53,126 nt of DNA, taken from a virus (taxonomy: Duplodnaviria; Caudoviricetes). Within the stretch, counting starts at the first letter, position 1. Each line of letters opens with the position of its first letter. The DNA is taken from positions 1-53,126 of IMG/VR virus record IMGVR_UViG_3300023059_000274; one strand, 5' to 3'. The notes under the pieces were generated by a model, which was given only the letters and a program-made list of their open reading frames with translations, searched no databases and was not told where the DNA came from. This document shows, piece after piece, positions 9,471-19,542 of this stretch. The translations under genes were made by a program, and so were the position numbers.

Positions 9471-10460
9471 GTGGCTACACAGAAAAAGAATACAGTAGAT
9501 TATTTCCCACATTTGATAGGTAATGGGAAGAAAATGGACTTCATCGAGAAGCGATATGGCAATGATGGATACGCAACATGGTTCAAGCTTTTAGAAGCTC
9601 TAGCGAGCGCGGATAATCATTATCTAGACCTTAACGATGAGATTGAAATCTCCTTCTTAGCATCACGTTGTAATGTCGATGAAGAGGTATTAATTTCGAT
9701 CATAAATGACCTTGTAAAGATCAAAGTTTTTGATTCTGAGCTATGGAAACATCGTGTAATCTGGTCGCAAATATTTGTAAACTCTATACAGGATGCATAC
9801 AAGCGACGTGCAAACAAATGTATGCAACATGTAGACATTGTAAACGAATTGATAGGACAGGGGTACAAGTTAACACCCATTATGCATGCAACATGTATAC
9901 ATGATGTAAACAAAACAGGTGAAATTGTAGACAAAAACCCGCAAAGTAAAGTAAAGGAAAGTAAAGAAGATAAAAGTAGAATAGAGGAAGAAGAAAAAGA
10001 AGAAAAAATCTCCGTCGTCAACGCCTCGTCAGATCCTTCAGTTCCTTCTCCTGATGCTTGGGGAAGCTATCGATCAATGGAAGATCTTGAAAAGGTTTTG
10101 TTGTCATCTTCTGAATGGCAATCTGCTTACGGTAAATCACTAGGAATTGATAACCCAGATGATGTTCCATTGTGGATTGAAAAGTTTTTCATCTTCTGCG
10201 CTGGATCTGGAAAAATTCACGAAAAAGAAACAGAGGCAAAATCTCACTGTCAATCATGGACCAGACGACAAATCGAACTTGGCAAAACAGCAAGTGAGGG
10301 GGTGATCAAAAAGGTGCCAATGGTCATCGGTGATGAAATGCCAAGTCAATCCGGCACGAAAGAAGGTGAATTGATTGGAAAGTGGTTGTGGAAAAATAAT
10401 GGATGGAGAGATACGACAACGTTCACCATCGTGCAAAAAAGAAGAAACGGATTAGCATGA
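9471..10460 (+). CDS. Phage replication initiator (DUF4373 / Lin1244-like N-terminus)
   Basis: VDYFPH...YGNDGYATWFKLLE; internal iterons and SKVKESK linker; directly upstream of DnaB. Confidence 0.8.
   Translation: MATQKKNTVDYFPHLIGNGKKMDFIEKRYGNDGYATWFKLLEALASADNHYLDLNDEIEISFLASRCNVDEEVLISIINDLVKIKVFDSELWKHRVIWSQIFVNSIQDAYKRRANKCMQHVDIVNELIGQGYKLTPIMHATCIHDVNKTGEIVDKNPQSKVKESKEDKSRIEEEEKEEKISVVNASSDPSVPSPDAWGSYRSMEDLEKVLLSSSEWQSAYGKSLGIDNPDDVPLWIEKFFIFCAGSGKIHEKETEAKSHCQSWTRRQIELGKTASEGVIKKVPMVIGDEMPSQSGTKEGELIGKWLWKNNGWRDTTTFTIVQKRRNGLA
9775..10010. repeat. Putative replication origin: iterons plus purine-rich tract
   Basis: ATGCAACATGTAGACA (9822-9837) / ATGCAACATGTATACA (9886-9901) and several more TGYAnACA-like units, followed by an A/G-rich tract. 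Confidence 0.65.
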
Positions 10461-11962
10461 GTTACGACAAAGAACGATACAAAAGACCAAAGCCAAATTT
10501 AGAGGCTAATGGTTTAGGGAAATTACCTCCGCATGCAATGGATTTGGAAGAAGCTGTGCTTGGTGCTATTCTTTTGGAGAAAGATGCACTCATGATGATT
10601 TCAGATATTCTGCATCCGGAAATGTTCTACAAAGATGCTCATCAGATCATCTTCAGAGTCGTTCAAAATCTATCAATGACAGCTGAGGCGATCGATATTT
10701 TGACGGTCATGGAGAAGCTTCGGAAAGATGGTAATTTGGAAAAAGTTGGAGGCGCTTACTACCTAACGTTGCTTACAGATCGCGTTGTTTCCTCTGCGAA
10801 TATTGAATTCCATGCGAGGATTATATCTCAGAAGTACATCCAGAGGGAATTGATCAAAGTATCGAACGAGACGATTTTAAATTGCTATGATGACACTGAG
10901 GACGTTTTTGACACGATTTCTCTCTATGAATCAAAGCGTGATCAGTTGCTGAACAATATCATTACTCGAAAAGAAGTTGGCCAAGAAGAAGCTTTCAATC
11001 TCATGATTGCCGAAATGAGCAGACAGGCAGAACTTGGAGAGCTGGATGTAACCGGTGTTGATACCGGATTCACGGATTTGAATGCAGCGACAGGTGGTTG
11101 GCAGAAAACTGATTTGATTATTTTAGCAGCTCGTCCTGCAATGGGTAAAACAGCTTTGATGCTCAAGAAAGCAGTTAATGCCGCTCGATCAGGTAAGCCG
11201 GTTGCTATATTTTCGCTCGAAATGGCAAAGGAGCAATTGCAACAACGGATCCTTTCATTTGAAACAGGAATACCACTTTCGAGGATTAAAACACCTTCAA
11301 AGCTTCATGACCATGATTGGGAATTAATACACCGAAAAGGTGCTGAGATATCTGGATTGCCAATCGTTTGGGATGATACGCCTGGATTAACCTTGGTTGA
11401 GTTAAACGCCAAGGCAAAACGGATGAAAAGACTTCATGGAATCGAAATGATATTTGTCGATTACCTGCAGTTGATCACAATTCCAGGTGAAAGAAGATTT
11501 GATGAAATCAGTAAGATCTCACGTGGATTGAAAATTTTGGCTAAAGAACTTCAAATTCCTGTACTAGCTTTGTCGCAGTTATCTCGAGCAGTTGAATCTC
11601 GTCCAGGGAATAGCAAGAGACCAATGCTTCAAGATTTACGTGAATCGGGATCAATCGAGCAGGATGCTGATATCGTCATGTTTCTTTACCGTCCCGAGTA
11701 TTACGGGATCACAGAAGATGAGGAGGGAAGATCGACAGTTGGTTTAGCTGAAAATATAATTGCAAAAAATAGAAATGGTGCGACCGATATCATCTTACTT
11801 CAGTTCCATGGTCCTACAACAAATTTCACAAATGATCATGAAATTGCTGAACCGATGATCACTGATTTTTCATTTGTTCAGGGAACGATCACATTGCCTT
11901 CCAACGACATGAGCAAGTATACAAATTGGGATAATCCACAGCTAGATGATACTCCATTTTAA
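10457..11962 (+). CDS. dnaB: Replicative DNA helicase
   Basis: LPPH, AARPAMGKT, FSLEM, VDYLQL, LSQLSR, DLRESGSIEQDAD, AKNRNG; start at 10457 overlaps the upstream stop (ATGA). Confidence 0.97.
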   Translation: MSYDKERYKRPKPNLEANGLGKLPPHAMDLEEAVLGAILLEKDALMMISDILHPEMFYKDAHQIIFRVVQNLSMTAEAIDILTVMEKLRKDGNLEKVGGAYYLTLLTDRVVSSANIEFHARIISQKYIQRELIKVSNETILNCYDDTEDVFDTISLYESKRDQLLNNIITRKEVGQEEAFNLMIAEMSRQAELGELDVTGVDTGFTDLNAATGGWQKTDLIILAARPAMGKTALMLKKAVNAARSGKPVAIFSLEMAKEQLQQRILSFETGIPLSRIKTPSKLHDHDWELIHRKGAEISGLPIVWDDTPGLTLVELNAKAKRMKRLHGIEMIFVDYLQLITIPGERRFDEISKISRGLKILAKELQIPVLALSQLSRAVESRPGNSKRPMLQDLRESGSIEQDADIVMFLYRPEYYGITEDEEGRSTVGLAENIIAKNRNGATDIILLQFHGPTTNFTNDHEIAEPMITDFSFVQGTITLPSNDMSKYTNWDNPQLDDTPF

Positions 11963-11967
11963 AAACT

Positions 11968-12009
11968 AAGTAATCTATTTGGATTACTTAGTTTTTGTAA
12001 TTAGCTTTG
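11968..12009 (+). promoter_or_regulatory. Promoter of the packaging operon with palindromic operator
   Basis: AAGTAATCTATTTGGATTACTT (11968-11989); TTTG (11978-11981)-N20-TAGCTTTG (12002-12009). Confidence 0.8.
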
Positions 12010-12014
12010 CTAAT

Positions 12015-12389
12015 ATGGAAAAATTCATTTTAAAACTAGCAACTCAGCGTAATCCTGATATCCCATTCGAGGATTATCGGGAAGCATTGACAGCTCAGAA
12101 ACTGGATGAAACCATCGTGAAAGCAATCTATAACCTTGTCAATCCTGGACCAAAGAAGTGTAATTCAGAGATTCTTTTTGCTGCTTCCGTGCTTTTAATC
12201 TTTTCGCCTAAGTCAATTCTACTCAGTGAAAAAGTCGAGAACGGAATCTGTAATACGATCAAGAAGTTCCTTGGAATCAACCAGCAAAGTGCTTCCTATC
12301 GCATTAAAGTGGCTCGGGAAGTATATCAAGTTGATAAGGTGTTTAAACATCTAGTTGATGAATTAGTAAAGGAGGTGAAAGGTGAGTGA
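12015..12389 (+). CDS. Putative HTH transcriptional regulator (start 12015, possibly leaderless)
   Basis: C-terminal TIKKFLGINQQSASYRIK is HTH-like; ATG is 5 bp after the -7 box. Confidence 0.55.
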   Translation: MEKFILKLATQRNPDIPFEDYREALTAQKLDETIVKAIYNLVNPGPKKCNSEILFAASVLLIFSPKSILLSEKVENGICNTIKKFLGINQQSASYRIKVAREVYQVDKVFKHLVDELVKEVKGE

Positions 12390-13146
12390 TGAGGTAAAGA
12401 CTAAACTAACGCCTAAACAACAGTTATTCGTTGATAATTATCTCACACATTTCAACGCAACGAGGGCTGCACTTCAAGCAGGGTATAGTGAAAACACAGC
12501 TAGGGCAATTGGTTGCGAGAACTTGACGAAACCTAACATCTCTGCTCATATCGATGCTAGGTTGAAGGAATCGAAGATGGATTCGGATAAGGTCATGAAA
12601 TTAATGACTGACATCGCAGGATCGAACATCAACGACTACTTAATTGTCGTTGATGTTGAAAAGCAAAAAGCTGTTCCTAAACCACTACAATTACTAATTG
12701 AGCGAAAAAGAGAATCTATTTTACGTAAGCATATGTTTGCTGAACGTAAAGGCTATACAGGAGAGGAAATGGATGATTTTATCGAAGGTCTCGTAAAATA
12801 TGAAGATGAAATATTGATGCTTGAGATCCAGTTGGAGAGAGAGCCAAATGCGACATTTGATGATATTGAGATTGAAATCGTTCAACAGGTCCGTCTTGAT
12901 TTAGTCAAGCTTGCCGCAGATAAAGAAGCAGGAAAGATCAAATCATTTGAGATGAAAGAGTTTGGACCAAAGGTCGAGCTATATCCCGTTGATGCAATGT
13001 TAGATAAGCTTGCTCGCGTCAATGCGATGTACAAAGATAATCTTGAGATCAACGCTAAGGTTGAACCGATTCATTCGAAAGTATCACCAGAAGAAGCAAC
13101 TCGGATATTATCTGAATTTCAAAAAGGCAATTTTAATATCGAATAG
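12382..13146 (+). CDS. terS: Terminase small subunit
   Basis: LTPKQQLFVDNYL.FNATRAALQAGYSENTA..IGCENLTKP. Confidence 0.92.
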   Translation: MSDEVKTKLTPKQQLFVDNYLTHFNATRAALQAGYSENTARAIGCENLTKPNISAHIDARLKESKMDSDKVMKLMTDIAGSNINDYLIVVDVEKQKAVPKPLQLLIERKRESILRKHMFAERKGYTGEEMDDFIEGLVKYEDEILMLEIQLEREPNATFDDIEIEIVQQVRLDLVKLAADKEAGKIKSFEMKEFGPKVELYPVDAMLDKLARVNAMYKDNLEINAKVEPIHSKVSPEEATRILSEFQKGNFNIE

Positions 13147-13148
13147 CT

Positions 13149-14678
13149 ATGGAAGTGGTTAAAGGCGGTATGACTAAAGCTGAACTGTTGGCATTGTTCT
13201 GCAAATCAAAGATGATGAATTACACCCAGTACTTCTTTCAAAAGCAATATGGAAGAAGTTTTGTTGTTGGTGAGCATCATGTTAAGATCGCTAATGCTTT
13301 GGATGATGTTCTTATGGGGCGTATAACGCGCTTAATAATCAATATTGCTCCGCGCTATGGTAAGACTGAATTAGCAGTTAAAAACTTTATATCCGCAGGT
13401 TTAGCAATCAATCCAGCATCCAAATTTATCCACTTAAGTTATTCCGATGATCTCGCTTTAGATAACTCAGAAGCTGTAAAAGATTTAGTTACTAGCGAAG
13501 CGTATCAACAAATATTCCCTGATGTTGAATTGAAGAAAGGATCTGGAGCAAAGAATAAATGGTACACGACAGAGGGCGGTGGAGTTTATGCTCGTGCTGC
13601 AGGTGGTCAGGTTACTGGTTTTGGTGCTGGGCAGGTTGATGATCCAGACTTAATCAAAGAAGCCGAAGAGAAGGATAAAGAGCGTAAAGAGTTTGAATCT
13701 TATGTTGATGAGATGTTTGCCGAAATGGGTAAAACAACTTTTTCAGGCGCCTTGATCATAGATGATCCCATCAAGCCAGATGACGCGGATAGTGAGACAG
13801 TTCGTGAACGTGTAAATAATCGTTTCGACTCAACGATCATCAATCGCGTAAACAGCCGTAATACTCCAATCATCATTATTATGCAAAGACTTCATGAGAA
13901 AGATCTTTGCGGACACGTTTTAGAAAATTATCCTGGTGAATGGACCGTACTTAGTCTACCATGTATAATCGTTGAAGAAGGGCAGGAGCTGCATGAAGGC
14001 CGTGCTTTATGGGAATTTAAACATACCCTTAATGAACTTTTAAAAATGAACGGTGTTAATCCGATCATTTTTGGCAGGCAATACATGCAGGATCCACAAC
14101 CTAAGGAAGGCTTCCTATATAAAACTTTCAAGGAATATATTGAGGTTCCTCCATCTAAAGAAAAGATTAGAAAATCATATACTGATACAGCTGATACAGG
14201 TAAAGATCATTTGTGTTCAATCGCATATGATGAAACTGAGTTAGGTATTTACGTTGTTGATGTTCTATACACAGATCAGTCAATGGAGATAACCGAACCT
14301 GAGACAGCCCGTCAGTTAGCTTATAACCAAGTACAATATTCTTTGATCGAAAGTAATAATGGTGGTCGTGGTTTCGCTCGAAATGTTGAAGCACATTTGG
14401 TAAATCTCAAAGCATTCAACACTGAGGTAAGTTGGTTTCACCAAGGACAGAATAAGGAAGTTAGAATATTTACCAATTCAGCTAAAGTCAATATGCTGAT
14501 TCATTTTCCTGTAGGCTGGAAGGAACGATGGCCTAAGTTCTATAAGCATGTAACAGGATATTTAGCAAAAGGTAAAAATGCTTTTGATGATGGTCCAGAT
14601 ACTTTAACCGGAATGGCAGAAAACTTTGGGGAAAATCTTCAAGAAGTAGACGACTCAATATTTGATCTGTTTAATTAA
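13149..14678 (+). CDS. terL: Terminase large subunit
   Basis: APRYGKT, IIDDPIK, IMQRLHEKDL, YMQDPQP, IESNNGG, DDGPD. Confidence 0.95.
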   Translation: MEVVKGGMTKAELLALFCKSKMMNYTQYFFQKQYGRSFVVGEHHVKIANALDDVLMGRITRLIINIAPRYGKTELAVKNFISAGLAINPASKFIHLSYSDDLALDNSEAVKDLVTSEAYQQIFPDVELKKGSGAKNKWYTTEGGGVYARAAGGQVTGFGAGQVDDPDLIKEAEEKDKERKEFESYVDEMFAEMGKTTFSGALIIDDPIKPDDADSETVRERVNNRFDSTIINRVNSRNTPIIIIMQRLHEKDLCGHVLENYPGEWTVLSLPCIIVEEGQELHEGRALWEFKHTLNELLKMNGVNPIIFGRQYMQDPQPKEGFLYKTFKEYIEVPPSKEKIRKSYTDTADTGKDHLCSIAYDETELGIYVVDVLYTDQSMEITEPETARQLAYNQVQYSLIESNNGGRGFARNVEAHLVNLKAFNTEVSWFHQGQNKEVRIFTNSAKVNMLIHFPVGWKERWPKFYKHVTGYLAKGKNAFDDGPDTLTGMAENFGENLQEVDDSIFDLFN

Positions 14679-14701
14679 CCCCTAACCGCAATATAAAAAT
14701 A

Positions 14702-16264
14702 ATGGCAAAGAAAATACAAGAGAAACAAGAGGCAACCACATTGCCTATACCAGCATTGCCCGCTATTGTTGAAGCGGTTGGGGCAATGGTTGCGCCTACA
14801 TATTCAAAAGCTAGAGAAGAATACGATGTTACTCAACATCAAATCTTTAATGCTACTGAAAATGCACGGCCTAAAAAGAAAGTTCGAAAGAAGGTTTTAG
14901 GTATAAATGGAGAGCCTTTACTTGATAAAGACGGTAAAGACCAGTATACAACCAAATACATTGATGTTAACCGCATCGGTGTAAATCTTCAATCGCTTAT
15001 TGTCAAGCGCCGTGTGTCATTCATGAATGTATCAAAGATTCAGCTAGAAGCGAATCCTGTTACTGATGCTGAAAAGAAGCTATATGACATGGTGAAGAAG
15101 ATCCGTGAAGACAATAAGATTTCCTTCATTGAAAAGGAAGTTGCGAGGCGTATGCTTAGTGAGCTTCAAGTTGCTAAGCTTTGGTATTCCGAACCTGTTG
15201 AACCTGGTTATTGGGGAGATCTTGCGCCAAATGGTAAGTTTCGAATGCGATGTAAAGTCGTATCTCCTGATTTGGGATATAAGCTTCTACCGGTGTATGA
15301 TGATTACGGGAAGATGATCTATTTCGGTATGATCTATGAGTCAACGAGGAAATTTTCTGAATTGATAGGAGATCCTAATTTCAATGGATCATCAGTTGAA
15401 AAAGATCAAAGATTTGATATCTATTCAGATACCTATATCCTTAAATTTAGAAAGGCCCGATCTGGTGAAGTGGTTTTATCCAGTGTCGGGAATGATGGAT
15501 GGATTTTTGAAAGCTCTGTAAAACATACATACGGGAAAATACCTATCACATATTATTCGAAACCGTTACCTCCTTGGTCAGAGGTCCAATCTGCAATTGA
15601 AAGGATTGAAACGTTAATTTCAAATGTTGGTGACACAAATGACTATCATGCTTCCCCAGTATTCGCAATGTTCGGTAATGTGGGGGCTAAGGTTCTTGAA
15701 AAAGGGGAGCAAGGCAAATCATTACAATTGACTGGTGATAATGCTGATGCTAGATACATTACTTGGGATCAGGCAACCGCAGCAGTTGAATTTGAGTTCA
15801 AGACCCTAATGAGTGTTGTCTTTACTGGAACTCAAACACCTCAGATGGCCATGGAAGATCTTAAAGGTCTTGGCGCAGCTTCCGGTGTCGCATATGATCG
15901 TATTTTTCAAGATGCTCACTTAGCAGCTCGTGATGAGATTGATGGCGAATATGGAATGAGTACCCAGCGTGATATCAATCTTAATGTTGCTTGTGCTGCT
16001 GCAATTAATAAAACTTTAGATACTACAGCAAAGACTTTTAAAATAGGTTTTGATATTCCTATTTTCCGTATTAACGACGATTCTGAGACAGTTGCATTGC
16101 TTCAAAAAGCTGCCGGTGGTGCTAAGGTGTTATCGCAAAAGACTGCTATCGAATATTCTCCATTAACTAAAAATGCTGAAGAGGAAATGGCAGAGATTAA
16201 GAGGGAAGAGGCTGAGCAGGCTGCTTTGGATGCTGCAAAGGTTAAGGAACCGGTTAGTGAATAA
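14702..16264 (+). CDS. Portal protein (SPP1 gp6-like)
   Basis: 520 aa, after TerL; GKIPITYY, DTNDYHASP, LSQKTA...EMAEIKRE pattern. Confidence 0.88.
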   Translation: MAKKIQEKQEATTLPIPALPAIVEAVGAMVAPTYSKAREEYDVTQHQIFNATENARPKKKVRKKVLGINGEPLLDKDGKDQYTTKYIDVNRIGVNLQSLIVKRRVSFMNVSKIQLEANPVTDAEKKLYDMVKKIREDNKISFIEKEVARRMLSELQVAKLWYSEPVEPGYWGDLAPNGKFRMRCKVVSPDLGYKLLPVYDDYGKMIYFGMIYESTRKFSELIGDPNFNGSSVEKDQRFDIYSDTYILKFRKARSGEVVLSSVGNDGWIFESSVKHTYGKIPITYYSKPLPPWSEVQSAIERIETLISNVGDTNDYHASPVFAMFGNVGAKVLEKGEQGKSLQLTGDNADARYITWDQATAAVEFEFKTLMSVVFTGTQTPQMAMEDLKGLGAASGVAYDRIFQDAHLAARDEIDGEYGMSTQRDINLNVACAAAINKTLDTTAKTFKIGFDIPIFRINDDSETVALLQKAAGGAKVLSQKTAIEYSPLTKNAEEEMAEIKREEAEQAALDAAKVKEPVSE

Positions 16265-16346
16265 ATAATTTAGTTCTTGTTATTTGTGTGATGAAAATTG
16301 TTTTATTTAGAAATATTTTTTAAATTAGGGGTAAAACAATTATAAC

Positions 16347-16613
16347 ATGGCAAATTTTTTTACAGTTAAAGCAAGCAGTGGTGCGGAAATTTCTAATTTC
16401 TATTCGATAGGTTCAATACAATCAATCGAAGCTAACTCAAGTGAAGAAGATCACTTTTCTACTATTACACTGCAAAGTGGTAAAGAGCTTAATGTAGTGG
16501 AAGTTACCACTGAGATATATGAAAAAATTATTCATTCTTCACCGGAAGTAGTGGCTGAGTTTGTTGAGTATATAGGTCCAGATAAGAAACCTAGTTTTGG
16601 TTGGGTGGAATAG
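16347..16613 (+). CDS. Hypothetical protein (moron)
   Basis: 88 aa in an AT-rich insert after the portal. Confidence 0.65.
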   Translation: MANFFTVKASSGAEISNFYSIGSIQSIEANSSEEDHFSTITLQSGKELNVVEVTTEIYEKIIHSSPEVVAEFVEYIGPDKKPSFGWVE

Positions 16614-16637
16614 TTAGATAAATTATTATATAGAGAT

Positions 16638-16940
16638 ATGAAAACGACTGAACATATAGATTATGGTAGATCTGGGGCAAGTGGATCAGATCAAAGAATG
16701 GATACTCTCATAGAAGCTTTGAAATTAACCCTTTCTCCAATTGATTTAATATCGATAATATCACTGATTGATCACAAAGGGACGCTTGAGGTAATTTTAG
16801 ATCAAGATTTGGTTTATTATTTAAATTCGAAAACTAAGAATAATCAACAGGTTTTTATAGAAAAAACTATTAGAGATGCTTGGGATATTTTAGGTGAACC
16901 TAATTGCGAATTTAAATATTATAAATCTGACAATTCTTAA
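16638..16940 (+). CDS. Hypothetical protein (moron)
   Basis: 100 aa ORF. Confidence 0.65.
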   Translation: MKTTEHIDYGRSGASGSDQRMDTLIEALKLTLSPIDLISIISLIDHKGTLEVILDQDLVYYLNSKTKNNQQVFIEKTIRDAWDILGEPNCEFKYYKSDNS

Positions 16941-16963
16941 GAGCTAGTAAATTTTAAGACTAG

Positions 16964-16998
16964 ATAAACCTAGGATTAGTACTAAATCCTAGGTTTAT
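16964..16998. terminator. Bidirectional terminator hairpin
   Basis: ATAAACCTAGGATT / AATCCTAGGTTTAT between convergent genes. Confidence 0.75.
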
Positions 16999-17016
16999 TA
17001 AGATTCATCTTATATC

Positions 17017-17226
17017 TTAATCAATTTCAAATGAGGGTAACTTTTGTGCCTCAGGTTTGTCTTCAAATTTAATAAGTGACGCAGTAGACATATCTACATT
17101 TTGAAAAGCTCCAGATTTATCGAAGAATACACAATAAGCTCTCTCATCTCTAATTCCACTAATTGTCATCGTAGGTCCACCACTTTTCAACTGAACTACA
17201 TCACCCTCTTTTAATTTTTCTGCCAT
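17017..17226 (-). CDS. YodC / DUF2158 family small protein
   Basis: GDVVQLKSGGPTMTI signature. Confidence 0.85.
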   Translation of the reverse strand: MAEKLKEGDVVQLKSGGPTMTISGIRDERAYCVFFDKSGAFQNVDMSTASLIKFEDKPEAQKLPSFEID

Positions 17227-17388
17227 AATTTTAATTTGTTAGTAATTTACTAAGATAACCTTTCTTTTCGTAATATATAATGGTTCAGAGTTAATATCAA
17301 ATTAAATGTTTAAATCTAGTTACGGGTACAATCTATTTGGTTATGAAAAAAAGATTATTTTTGTATTAAACCTTTATTTGTGTAAATA

Positions 17389-18213
17389 ATGACAATAAAC
17401 GAAAAAAAAGAAACTATATTAATTGGTTTATACGATTTACTTAAATCAGGTGAGCTTAAAGGGAAATTATGTCCACTCACAAATTTACTTGATATTGATA
17501 GAATTGAAAGTAGAAGAATAGGAATAGATCTTAAAAATTCTGGACTAATAATGGGGCAGGCTGTCTCATCAGGATTTGTAGCTAATCTTACTATTAGAGG
17601 TGAGGAATATGCGGAATCGATAATAAATAGGAGGAATCAAAAAGAGAGTATCCGATCGGAATACGATCAAAAACCTCCATTAAAAATGAAGGAAAAGTAT
17701 GACCTTATCTTAAAAAAACTGTATTATAAAAAAACATCAGGTTTTTTTGAGGTAATTGATTTATTGAAACCATATGAAGATATCAGTTTAGATGAAGCGA
17801 TTGACATCGGACAGGCATTAGAACATAAAAGATATGTTAAAACATCCTTTAGTAAAAGTAATGCAGCAGTTTCAATTTCCGCTTCTGGAAAAGAGTATGT
17901 AGAAGAATACTTGATGAAAATTTATGAATATGCTCCAAATGATTTGTTTTCTGAAAATGAAAAAGACATAATAATTGAAAAATTGGATGAACTGCTTGCA
18001 AGGATTAACACTCTTGAGGTAGGGCATCAAGTCATTTACGATGATTTCGAAGTTGAATTTAAATCTTTAAAAGAGACACTTAATGTTTTAGGAAAGAAGG
18101 ATTGGAAATCATTGTTGACAGGAAAATTAGTTGATGCTGGATTAGGTGAAGTAGCTGAAGAAGTATTCAAATTAGTAACTGATGTGTTCACCAATGAAAA
18201 GTTATTATCATAA
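17389..18213 (+). CDS. Hypothetical moron protein with two wHTH-like repeats
   Basis: Repeated LK..GLI...LTIRGEEY and LE..RYV...ISASGKEY; AT-rich; own terminator. Confidence 0.7.
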   Translation: MTINEKKETILIGLYDLLKSGELKGKLCPLTNLLDIDRIESRRIGIDLKNSGLIMGQAVSSGFVANLTIRGEEYAESIINRRNQKESIRSEYDQKPPLKMKEKYDLILKKLYYKKTSGFFEVIDLLKPYEDISLDEAIDIGQALEHKRYVKTSFSKSNAAVSISASGKEYVEEYLMKIYEYAPNDLFSENEKDIIIEKLDELLARINTLEVGHQVIYDDFEVEFKSLKETLNVLGKKDWKSLLTGKLVDAGLGEVAEEVFKLVTDVFTNEKLLS

Positions 18214-18250
18214 ATAATTAAAGATAATTTTTTCTTAATTCAATTTTAGC

Positions 18251-18288
18251 AAACCATCTTGATGAGATATCAAGATGGTTTTCTTTTT
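18251..18288 (+). terminator. Rho-independent terminator
   Basis: AAACCATCTTGAT / ATCAAGATGGTTT followed by a T-rich tail. Confidence 0.75.
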
Positions 18289-18324
18289 GTAATCACCCAA
18301 ATTACAAAATCACCCATCTTAATT

Positions 18325-18349
18325 TAGTAATCCAATAGGATTACTTTTG
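18325..18349 (+). promoter_or_regulatory. Palindromic operator overlapping a -7 box upstream of the head genes
   Basis: TAGTAATCCAATAGGATTACTT (18325-18346); TACTTTTG (18342-18349). Confidence 0.7.
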
Positions 18350-18418
18350 TATTTAAAGTTATCAACCGAGGATTGGACGGAATAGCTCTCTGGACTAGAC
18401 TCTAAATACAAAAAACAC

Positions 18419-19120
18419 ATGTCATTAAAAGCACAAATCATTTCCAAATTGAAAGCAAAGGCAACCGCTTTGGGTGTCAATCTTTCAAATGTCAGAATCA
18501 ACGGACTTGCGGACAAGTTAGATGGATTAATATCTACTGAGGACGAGATCGACGGTGAGATCGACAAACTAGATCAAATTTTAAGTTTCAAGGACTTGGC
18601 AGCATTAGATGATGCCAAGCGTAATGTAGACAAGAGAGCAGCAGAAGATAAGGATAAAGTTGATCCTGAAAATCCTGCAAAGGTTGATCCACCTGCACCG
18701 GCTGAAAAAGATAAGGATGATGCTCCTGCTTGGTTCAAAGCTCATGTAGAAAACCAAAACAAGGTTATCGAAACTTTGACAACCACTGTAGCAAACCTTC
18801 AACAAGGCAATACAATCCAAACACGTCGCCAACAACTTGAAACCAAATTAAAAGATGCACCTGAAAAATTTAAAGCTCGAGCTCTTCGTGATTTCGATCG
18901 ATTAAAAATCGATTCAGATGAGGATTTCACAAGCTACCTAGCTGATGTGGAACAAGACGTTGCTGAGGAGGTTCAGGCTGCTAGTGATGCTGGTCTTGGA
19001 AATGATGCTCCTGGAAGAAGTGCAGGTGGTGGCAAATTGAAGGATGACGAGGTGTCTCCTGCAATGAAAGAAATTATTGCACAGCGTGAAGCAGCGGCTA
19101 AAGCTAAAGCAGACGCATAA
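18419..19120 (+). CDS. Head scaffolding protein
   Basis: Position before capsid genes; helical and acidic, with DDAPAWFK motif. Confidence 0.75.
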   Translation: MSLKAQIISKLKAKATALGVNLSNVRINGLADKLDGLISTEDEIDGEIDKLDQILSFKDLAALDDAKRNVDKRAAEDKDKVDPENPAKVDPPAPAEKDKDDAPAWFKAHVENQNKVIETLTTTVANLQQGNTIQTRRQQLETKLKDAPEKFKARALRDFDRLKIDSDEDFTSYLADVEQDVAEEVQAASDAGLGNDAPGRSAGGGKLKDDEVSPAMKEIIAQREAAAKAKADA

Positions 19121-19131
19121 AAATTTATTAA

Positions 19132-19506
19132 ATGGGATTAATTGGAGTTAAAAGAACGGGTACTCAAGGCTTTCAAAAAGTAGTTTTTGAAAATGTCATT
19201 GATACCCTTCCAGGTGGGTTAATGCTCAACGTCGCTAAAGTAGATTATCCCGATGGATATGTTCCTGAGGGCTCTTTGGTGGGGCGAGATCCTGCGAGTG
19301 GAATTGGAAAGGTGTTGACAGCAGTTGATGGCACTATTAAACCAATTGGTTTTACTCATCGTGCCTCTGAGGTTGTAGATGGTGGTAATACTAATGCAAA
19401 TGGTGTGGTAATCAGTGGTACAGTTCGTATCAAAGCTTTGCCTGCTGCATTGCAAGCAATCATCGAAGATTTAAGAACGGCATTGCCACGATTCACCTTC
19501 GTGTAA
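19132..19506 (+). CDS. Head decoration protein
   Basis: 124 aa between scaffold and capsid; LPGG...VPEGSLVG. Confidence 0.65.
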   Translation: MGLIGVKRTGTQGFQKVVFENVIDTLPGGLMLNVAKVDYPDGYVPEGSLVGRDPASGIGKVLTAVDGTIKPIGFTHRASEVVDGGNTNANGVVISGTVRIKALPAALQAIIEDLRTALPRFTFV

Positions 19507-19542
19507 TTAACAGAATTAGAACAAAACATATAATCATATAAA

